DNA of 64,000 bases from Paramecium tetraurelia. Taxonomy: Eukaryota. The notes below the pieces were generated by a model. That model saw only the letters and a list, made by a program, of their open reading frames with translations, made no database searches and was not told where the DNA came from. Position 1 is the stretch's first letter, and the number at the start of each line of letters is the position of its first letter. The stretch spans positions 186,001 to 250,000 of the forward strand of contig CT868649.1 in assembly GCA_000165425.1 (NCBI GenBank). Reading direction: 5' to 3'. The translations under genes and the position numbers were made by a program. Below, piece by piece: positions 54,077 through 64,000 of the stretch.

Positions 54077-57000
54077 ATGAACTAACTAACAACCATCTAT
54101 ATCAGTGTTGCTATACTAATAACTAAGGCCAACAATTTAATTGAGGTAAGCATGATTCGTAGAAATCAATAAGAATAAGGGGACAATTCATAGTAAAACA
54201 AATGTTAACCGAATTAGATAAAGATAGATGAAATTTGTTAGAGTACAAGTATTATTTTTAATTAGATTGCCATTTTAGTTGTAGATAATGTTTTGGTTTG
54301 GGACAGAACAAATGCACTTCTTGCAATAGTATTTCCAATAGAATATTATGGAATGATTAATGCATTTGCAGGAGATAGTACTATGAAGATGAACAATAAT
54401 CAGTTTGTTAAGGTAAATTTATTAAAGAAATTCAGAATGCCATAAATCATGTTAAAGTTGTTTGGGATCAACTGGTAATGACTGTTTAAGTTGCTATGAT
54501 GATTATGAATTACTTAATGGGAACTGTGTATGTAAGTTAGGTTACTTTTATGATTATAACAATATGGAATGCAGATGTATTAAATTATAATAAAATTAGA
54601 ATGTCACTTTAGTTGCGAAATTTGCAATGACTTTGAAACTGATAATTGTTTAAAATGTCCATTTGATTCCTAAAGATTATTAATAGATAATAAATGCTAG
54701 TGTCCAGAAGGTTACTATGAAGTAGAAGGTAATCCGATTTGTAAAAGTAATTAATTAAATTATGAAAGAATGCCATATCAAATGTAAGACTTGTAGTGGA
54801 TATGAGAATTGCTTAAGTTGTTCAAGTGAAAAGCTACTAGTAAATAATGATTGCGTTTGTTAACCGAATTTCTTTTTATATAAATCTAATATCATTTACA
54901 CTTGCAAACGTAATAAATATTATTAATTTTTAGCTTGTAGTAATGAATGTTTAACTTGTTTTGGATAATTAGGTTTTGAATGTCTAAGTTGTGTTGCTCA
55001 AAGCACTTTATCACCAAATAACACTTGTTCATGTAATTTAGGTTATTTTTTGATAAATGGTCAATGTTAAATCTGTAATTCGAATTGTCGAACTTGTGCC
55101 TATAGCAGTACTTATTGTTTGAGTTGTTCAACTAATTACGTTGTATAAACTAATAATATTTGCTGTCACCACTCAAATATCTTAGTTAACAACCAATGTG
55201 GTTGTACTAGTTCTTATTACATGGATTCAAATGGAATTTGTTAATGTAATAATTAATACTAATTATTTGAGAATGTGCATCTTCATGTTCAACTTGTAAC
55301 AGTACCTCTTGCACTGAATGTCCAAATAAGCTTAATTTTGGACCATCTTGTTCCACAACAGCCTCTTTGCCATAATATTGTACATCTTTTGATATCAATG
55401 GAATTTGTGCCTAATGTTAAACTAATTTTACCTAAAATTCTGAAAAAGTTTGTTAAATGCAATCTGCCGTAATTTGTTCTATCTGGGAGTTCTTGTCTAA
55501 AGTAAGAAACTAGCAATATCTATTTAGGTTGTTAATCGTTTAGAAGTAATTGTTAAACCTGCGATAATTCAGGATGTACGCTTTGTAATTCTCAATATTA
55601 TTTATCATCAGGAAATTGCTACCCCTGTCATTAAAGTTGTATGACTTGTCTTAATAGTGATGTTAATTCTTGTTATCTATGCAAAAGTAATACCTATTAA
55701 AATACAAGTGGTTCGATATTTGGTTGTTCATGTATTCAACATTTCTACATGGATACTAATTATAATTGTCTATTGTGTGATCCTACTTGTGAATAATGTT
55801 GGACATCGAGCACTTCATGCACATCCTGCAACTTCACCAGTTACAAGAGAGTTTACAATAATGGTAGTTGTGTTTGTGATACTGGATATTCAGATCTCGG
55901 GACTGTCTAATGTTATAAACCTTGGTTGTGGATATGGATGTGCAGATTGTGTTTCTGGAACTTGCAATTTCCTGTATGGGAAATGAGACATTCAGAAAGA
56001 ATGACCCTCTGACTAATTGTCCTTGTTTGGATGGTTATTATGATAACAATTAAAGAATTTGTTAATGTACATTTGTAATATAAAGATTTAGAATGTCCAT
56101 CTATGTGTTCTACATGCTAACTTAATACAACTCTTCATATCCCAGTATGCATACAGTGCTAAATTCATCGAGATCTAAATAACTCCTGTAAATGTGCAAA
56201 GGGATTTTATGAAAGTGGAACTGATTGTCTTGCCTGTCCTCTCAATTGTTCTAGTTGTCTGGATCAAGTTCGATGTACCTAATGTAAGAATAGTAATTTT
56301 GATCATGATAAAATAAATGGATAATGCTTATGCAATCTAATAAATTTTAGTGATATATCCAATTGTGCATGTCTAGATGGGTACTATCTTAACAGTATAA
56401 ATAAAAAGTGTTTACGTAATATAAATAACTTAATTTATAGCATGTCATTATAATTGCAGTACTTGCATGTATTCTGCCACTCATTGTATAACATGTAATG
56501 ATAATCATGCCTATCCACCAAATTGCGAATGTTCTCCTGGATTTTATCTATAAGATATCATATGCTTGCCATGTACTAATAATTGTTTTCAATGCAAATC
56601 TTAATCTGAATGTCTGGATTGCTCTAATTAAATGCAATTGATCAATAATAAATGCTATTGTTAGAATGGGTATTTCAATTTACTTAATTCCTATGAATGC
56701 TAACCTTGTGCTAGTTAATGTTCTACCTGTAGATACTCAATAGACAATTGCACATCTTGTAAATTCAATAGGATTTCTCCATACAAATGCATATGTCCTG
56801 ATGGAACCTATGAAGTTGATGTATCTACTCCTTGTAATCAATGCGATAATAAATGCAAGCTTTGTGAGGTGTCTTCGAATAATTGTTTGGAATGCTCTCT
56901 CAATAGAATAAATCCTCCAAATTGCAATTGTAAAATTGGATATTTTGAAAATGATTAATAAACCTGTTCATCATGTAATAGCAGATGTATATCATGTTAA

Positions 57001-59584
57001 AATACATCTGATACATGTATTGAATGTAAAATGAGTATTGCGACTCTTCCATCATGCACCTGCCCAGATGGTTATTTTTCTGAATTTGAATAAGGATGTG
57101 TTTAATGTCATCCAAGATGCAAAACTTGTATTGGATCTAATGAATATAATTGTCTTTCATGTGATGAATCTAAGAATTTCGAGCTTCTCTATAATAAATG
57201 TACTTGCAAGTAAAATTATTATTTTCAAAATGATGTCTGCCTTTATTGTTCTATTGAAATTGAACTTTGTTAAACTGTTTAGTGTGGAAATGGTATAATT
57301 CAGAGGAATGAATAATGTGATGATTGGAATAACAATGATAGAGACGGTTGCTCTAATAGTTGTAAATTTGAAGAAGGGTATTACTGTGAGTCCATTTCGA
57401 ATACTAAGATTCATAATTCAATTTTGGTGAGTTAATGTACTAAATGCCTTGAGTCTTGTAAGATCTGTGATAGAAATAAATGCTTGATATGCTAAAGTGG
57501 TTACTTTTTGACTCCAAGCTTAGACTGTTAAAAATGCGAGTAATACTTAAATCTAATAATCTCATAGTCTACATTGCAAAGAGTGTTCTGGACCATAATA
57601 AAAGGATTGCCTCTCTTGCATCAAAGGAGTGGATTATGGATTAGGGTAGAGGTGTGCCTTTTGTGAAGAAATCTAAGGGTTATACACAGGTAAAGATAAG
57701 TGTGTTTCAAAGTGTGGAGATGGAATGAAAAAGAGTGATGAACAATGTGATGATGGTAATAGTATTAGTAAAGATGGATGCTCAGAAAAATGTAAAATTG
57801 AAGAGGATTGGGATTGTTCATAATAAAATAATACATTAAGTTCTTGTTTTAAATTAAATGTACCTATTGCTTCCCTCTCTTTTGATAGAGTTAAAGATTT
57901 CTATTCATCTCAAAGATAAGGATCTATTTTGTTTAATAAACCTATGGCAATACCAAATATTACAATTATAAATGCTTGGCATTACAGCATACTCAATTAA
58001 AGATCATCTTATTACTCTATGAATTTGACTGCCATTTTGAACATTGATGGATATTTGGAAGAAGTTAAAATTGATTTACAACTACTTTAATCTATGTCAT
58101 AAATTGTATTTCAAGTTGACTACACTACTTTCCTCATTAAGGATGTTATCGATTCATTTCCATTAAAAACCACTAATTCATCTGTAGAATTAACTAAATA
58201 CATTAAACTTGGACAAGATACTTTAAGCACATCAAAGGCCTCTAAATAATTTGCTTCATCTGTGTTATATGTATTAGGGGGTGTTTCAATTATAGGATTG
58301 CTAGTTGGAAGTTTAGAATTTTATTGGAATGTCCTCGATAATTTATAGATTCTATCATATATAACTTTTATTAATGTTAATTTTCCTTATATGCACAATA
58401 AATTTTTGGAAATATTTGAATTTGCAAGATTCGAGTTTACAAATGACTATTTTAATTTTGAACTCGTTAAAAACCTAGATAACTAATAAAATAAAGATTA
58501 TCCTTTGATTGTTGGAAGACAAGTAGAATATAATTTGATTGTCAATTTAAGTTCAATTGTAGTGCTTTGGATTACTACAATTCTCTTATTTGTAGTGGCT
58601 AAGATAAATTTATTTATCATTCATGATATCTTGATTAATAAGTTTAAAATTATTTAGCTTACTCCTTTCGAATAACTTAACAGTTTGACTTATTTATTTT
58701 ATAAGTTGGTATACCTTATTCATTTTATGAGCTTTGCATATCATTCCAACTTCTTTTATGGTGTTATTCTCAGAATCTACTTATCTAGTCTTTACGACTT
58801 AAATTTTTCAATATTCACATCTGCCTATTGTTGGCTTTGGAATTAGAATCCCAGTTTAGTAGATTAAATATCATTTGCAGTAGCTATGATTCTACTTCTG
58901 ATTCAAATTCTAATTTTATTTATATTATCGTCCTCATTGAAATTATCTAATTATCAGTTGAAGTCAAAATAATTTATTTCTTAATATAGTTCTTTATATG
59001 AAGGAATTAATTTTAGCAATTAAATAATTAGATAGATTTAGTTTTTACAACCATTAAGAAAATTAATGTTCATGGGAGCCTTAATTTTATTTTATGATTA
59101 ACCTATATTTTAAATATCATGCCTAATTTCAATTCAGATATTATCTTCAATTGTTCAAATAACCTTTAATCTTTATTCAAACTTTTTGCAATCAATAAAA
59201 GTAATCACTTAAGAAGTCGGATTGAGTATGTCCTTAACCTTGATTTTATTTTACTACGCTCAAGATAAATTTGATATAGTGGAACAAGATGTAATTGAAA
59301 AACTGTCATATGTTCATGTAGGCATTTATACATTGATGCTTTGTGTAAGTCTTGTAATTGATTTATATCAATAAATTAAGATCATATTTGTTAAATATAA
59401 AGTGTCAAGGATTTGTGATAAGAAACCTTAAAAAGAAAAAGAAGCAAAACAACGAAATAATGAAAATTAGAGGAACTAAGAAAAATAAGAACAAGCTTAA
59501 CAATTTAATTTATTCATTGATTTATCAAAGTTTTATTAGGCTTAAAATAATTAATATAGCTTTAGGAATTTAAGAATTAATTGA
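54077..59584 (+). CDS. Cys-rich (furin-like + Myxococcus-type CGxG..ECDD repeats) multi-pass membrane protein; apparent frameshifts at 55455-55970
   Basis: Signal peptide MNQLTTIYISVAILITKA; many CxxxCxxC..CxxC repeats; CGNGIIQRNEQCDD and CGDGMKKSDEQCDDGN; hydrophobic TM block from about 58250 (FYWNVLDNLQILSYITFINV). Confidence 0.85.
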
Positions 59585-59886
59585 AGATGATATATGATTT
59601 GAATTAGATATAATACAAATTATCTTTATCATAATATTAACATCAAATATAATAATCTTTATACTTGAATGCTATTGAATCAATTAAAAATGATTTGTTA
59701 TTTTTTAGTAATATTTAATACTTTATCAAAATAATAGAAAATTGCTTTTGAGACAACTTTAATTTATATTGTATGGTAATATTATAATTTGATAATTTAT
59801 TATGAATTTCTTAAAATTTTGATTATTATATTATTTAGTGAAATTATCAATGTCGAGATTCTAAAATTTTTAATAGAGTAATTTAA

Positions 59887-61122
59887 ATGCGTTTACAGCC
59901 AACAACACATAACAACTCATGCCGTAATTAGCTTTTTTACAATAATAGAGTGAATCATCCTTCTTAACGCCAATATTTTACTTAATGCAGAGGTCAAACA
60001 TAAGAGAAAAAAGCATCAGATTAGCCTCTTAAGTAAATGAGTCAACCTCAGTCTAATTTGACAGAGACGAAACCCAGTCCATTAATGAAGATAGCTGAAA
60101 GGTCATAAAAAACTTCGCCTAATAATTTTGGAAAGAAAAAAAATAATCTTTAGTTATAAAAGGTTGTAACAAGAATGGAAAGAAATAATGATGATGCCGC
60201 ATCTAATGGTATTAATGACAAGATTTCACATCATCAAAACATGATCCAGAAAATAAAATGCAACAGATATTATATAGATGATTTAATTGCAGCATTTTAG
60301 GATGAAACATTAAGTTTTTCAAAGTTATATCGAGATAATTTCGTTAATTCCTTTAATTTTATACCAATAATAAAAATGGAGCAGTTTGTATAGGTTGAGG
60401 ACAAGGAAATACAAGAGAAAAGAATAAAATTAGAGCCCTACCCTCCAAATCTGAAATGTACAATTTATTTATAGATTTGTATAGATAAGAAGACAGTCAT
60501 TTTCGATCTAGATGAAACATTGGTTCATTGTAATGAAGAAGACAATATGTCCTCTTAAATTGTATTGCCCATCACTTTCCCCACTGGAGAGAAAGTTAAT
60601 GCTGGGATCAACATAAGACCTTTTGCTGAGAAAATGATAAAATTATTAAGCGATATTTGTGAAGTGATGATCTTTACAGCCTCCCACGAATGTTATGCTA
60701 ATGAGGTATATAGTCTTCCATTGAAATTAGGTTATTAATTATCTGGATCCTTAATCTAGAGTCAAAAGGAGAATTTTCAGGGATAGTTGTGTGACTGATA
60801 TAAATTCCAACTATTATGTTAAGAACCTGGAAGTTATTGATCGAGATTTGAAGGACATCGTGATAGTGGATAATGCATCATATAGTTTTGTGTAAGCTTT
60901 TTAATTAATTTAAGTCATCATATAGATAATGGCATACCCATCATATCGTTTTATGACGACAAACAAGACAATCAATTGATTAAGTTATATAGGTTTTTAA
61001 TAAATAAGGTTTTGCCTCAAGAAGACGTTCGACCTTTGTTAAAAGAATATTTCAAATTAGAATAAATTGATCAGTTCTAAACAATAGTCGAAGCTGTTGA
61101 AAGGATGTATTGTATCGAATGA
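59887..61122 (+). CDS. NIF/FCP1/SCP-family (CTD small) HAD phosphatase
   Basis: KTVIFDLDETLVH; INIRP; IFTAS..YA; RIFRDSC; VKNL..RDLKDIVIVDN; NGIPIISF. Confidence 0.95.
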
Positions 61123-61226
61123 AGTCAATGTGGATATTATTTGTTTATTTTTATGTTAGTGTCATTTATAATTAATATTACATAATTAACCTACTTTTTT
61201 ATCATATTATTATCTTTAAATTACAG

Positions 61227-62026
61227 ATGTAAGTTGATAGTGAAAATTTCATTGATAGTTCAAATAATCCTCATTTAATAGGAAATAGATATGTAATCTT
61301 ATGATTAATATAAGTCAATGAGGAGTCGAAGAAGAAAGATTTACGATGATGGAGATTTTAGGGAAGTAGTTAAGAATTTCTACGCTTTGATATCGGAAAT
61401 AAATAAAAGTAGCTTATTTATGTAATAAAACCCCTAAGTTGCCAATAAGAAAATTCAAAAAAATGTTCCTCTAAAAACTAAATAATAATCCAATGTTTAA
61501 AATAAAAAACCGCAACAGAAAAAACCAATATCATAGGATGTAAAGAAAAATGATCTCTACAATTTTAAAAAAGAGCCAATCTATTCTTAAGTTGCTTTTT
61601 AAACTCAGCCTTATTTTAATCATCAATAGTACTAATCGTTTTCTCATAATTATATGAATCCATTTTACAATAATTTGCCATCATAATTAGTACACATTAT
61701 AGTTATTTCTAGCAAATCATTTCTAGAAACTAACTCAACAATGGATAATTAAAAAGAAATTCATATCATATAGCAATTTCATATTTCATCTATATCCAAT
61801 CAACCGGTTAAGAATAGTATGAAAGCAGAGATCCTACCATGTATGCTAAAAAGAAATTAAAAGAAACCAACTCAGATGTTATAAAGGTATAATATCAAAG
61901 ATATTTTATTTTTAGTAATTAGATAATTTAGTTTCGAATGAAAAATAATCTCCTTTGTAGGAGCGAACAAATAAGTAACTTAATTAAGAAGAATAGAAGG
62001 AAGATATTATAGAATAGACTAAATGA
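61227..62026 (+). CDS. hypothetical Gln-rich protein
   Basis: MQVDSENF..RY|SMRSRRRKIY..; tiny introns; TGA at 62024-62026. Start uncertain (alternative ATG at 61291). Confidence 0.55.
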
Positions 62027-62096
62027 ATTGTATTTTCTATTTTATAATTATTTGAAATATAAATACTATTAATAAAAAGCTTCATTAAATATGTTT

Positions 62097-63797
62097 TCAT
62101 ATTTCCAGGACTTTCATCTAATTAATATGCCAATCTTTGTTCTAAACTACCATTCCAGTAATAACTACGATGTAATCTTTAGGTTAAAGTAAATTTTTAG
62201 CAATCAATCTTGAAATGCACTCCTAAATAATTCTTTAATAATAATAAGTATATAAATTACTCTTCCTAATTTGCAAATCCATTTACTAATTCTGATTACA
62301 CATTATTAATGTAATTTAAGCATCTGCAAATCTGTTAGTTATCACTTATTGAAATTATCTTACAAGATGCTCTCAATTTTGATAGTTTCAAAGTAGTTTA
62401 TATTCTGCGAGTTAACATCAGAATGGCCTTAGCTTATAAACTTATATTACTGAGTATTTAATACATATAAGCCATTTCAACACATGATTTGGCAATTACT
62501 GTTGCAATAGGTTATCCAGTAAAATTTACTTGATATTGATCCCTTTGTTAAGGATGATCAAAAAGTTCTTAAAGTAGTTTTTTCTCTATTTTTCGACAAA
62601 TATTATTCAGAGTTTAAACTATCAAAACTGGAAATTTCCCAAAACTAGTTTCTCCTGATAATAGGATTCCGTCTATATATTGTTTAACAATATTAGAAAT
62701 ATCTCCCATATCTGCAAACGAGGGTTTAAGTTGAACACTCATAGATTCCAATATATATGTTGATACAAAGACCTTTTATAATCGATAAAAAAAGTACAGG
62801 TTTAAATAGTTTTCGACAACATGATATTATTTAAGCTTAATATTTGACTACATCCTCCACTGGTTAAGTCATTGAAATATGAGATCTTGCAATGATACAT
62901 CCATCTGCCAAATTAACGATTTCTTCTAATTAGTCTTCCTTTAACATTTCTGCAATTCTTGCAAATATTTAAACATGCGGGTATTTTTATTCTAATCTTT
63001 CTTTGACCTTTAATTAAAACTTAGCTTACTTATATGATATCGAATGCAGTGTTCACCTTTGAGAATGTTATACTATCGAAATTGCATTCACAAGCATAAT
63101 CTATATCTAAGTTATCTTTTTCTGTTAGTGATACTTATTCTAATTGCTCTTCTTCCTTTGAAGTCTTATTCTCTACAAATATAGATATTGGTTTAAAAGA
63201 TTTCAAAGTTCCAGTCTTACAACATTTGCAGATATATATTTTCACTCCACTCAATAAACATATTTAATCTATCCCTATTTTTTCATTTACTCTAAATATT
63301 TTAACTACTCTTACTGGTCGAACATTTAAATATCTATCAGTTCTAGTATTATATGACCATAGTCAATTGCTAATTTATCATTTATATTTAATTTCTCCAG
63401 AAATTCATTTGAATCTATTGGAATTAATTAATTATTTCCTACTTTATGCTAATCTGAAGTCAAGTATACAATATTTCCTTCCTCAAAATTGATTAATTAA
63501 TTACTTCTATCAAAGTTTCAGAATCTTGCAATTATCCTACTCTTATAACCTGTCCCCTTAAAATTAAATTTAATGGTATTTTAGTTTTAAATTCAGATTC
63601 CAATTAGCATCTATTTTAATTCAATATTTATAAACTCTCTTTATTTTTAATATATGCCATATTAATACTAAAATTATTATGCTATTTTTCTACGTAAAAC
63701 CATTGCATCCTGCCTCTACCATGCTCCGCAACAATTCATAATTAGAACAATTTTCGCTTACAGAACAAATAATCCTAGTTCTTTTTGGTTCCTACAT
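62097..63797 (-). CDS. pyruvate-kinase-like protein, predicted catalytically inactive
   Basis: RTRIICSV..MVEAG; LTEKDNLDI; DGCIIARSHIS; KPVFVSTYILESM; DGILLSGETSFGKFP; C-terminal DYIVVITG..NQMKVLEI, colinear with the pyruvate kinase A/B/C domains. Confidence 0.9.
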
Positions 63798-64000
63798 GAG
63801 AACAGAAATTATAATATTTATTAAATATCTTTAGTTTGTAAAGTTTTGAGTATTAATATTCTAGAGAAGAAAATTGAAATCATAACAGAACCCATAAGAT
63901 TTATTAATATTTCACTATTAGACTCATAATTCACTATTAAATTGACTTGAGGGAATATTACGATAATTTGACTTAAAATAATAATTATAAAATTGATTAT

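Noticed and set aside
53811..54240. Apparent TGA-as-Trp readthrough N-terminus (VLLL**ILSS..) for the Cys-rich gene
   Set aside because: A different frame from ATG 54077 gives a stop-free signal peptide that splices correctly into the first Cys repeat.

Overview
This is AT-rich, gene-dense eukaryotic DNA from a ciliate macronuclear genome, almost certainly Paramecium. TAA and TAG read as Gln, TGA is the only stop, GT-AG introns are about 20-35 nt, and intergenic spacers are often under 60 bp. The supplied ORF track treats TAA/TAG as stops, so it is mostly fragments or wrong frames. I re-translated by eye with code 6; boundaries are good to a few codons, but not every internal intron was checked. 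About 30 genes are recognisable: a TFIIS-domain-II/poly-Q protein, RBM25, three kinases, a TBC Rab-GAP, ZC3H15/Tma46, an FHA-RINGv ligase, a RasGAP-VPS9 protein, a MORN protein, PC4, NOT1, NME7, tRNA-Thr(AGT), an HTH protein, BRX1, an 8-repeat LamG-like secreted protein, a Cys-rich membrane protein, a CTD phosphatase and a pyruvate-kinase-like protein, plus two decayed genes. Two observations stand out. First, the PC4 stop codon overlaps the probable NOT1 start codon (ATGA) directly after an A-AAA-AAA slippery heptamer. Second, a full-length pyruvate-kinase-fold gene has lost nearly all catalytic and metal-binding residues. No CRISPR array, rRNA, telomere or intact mobile element was seen.
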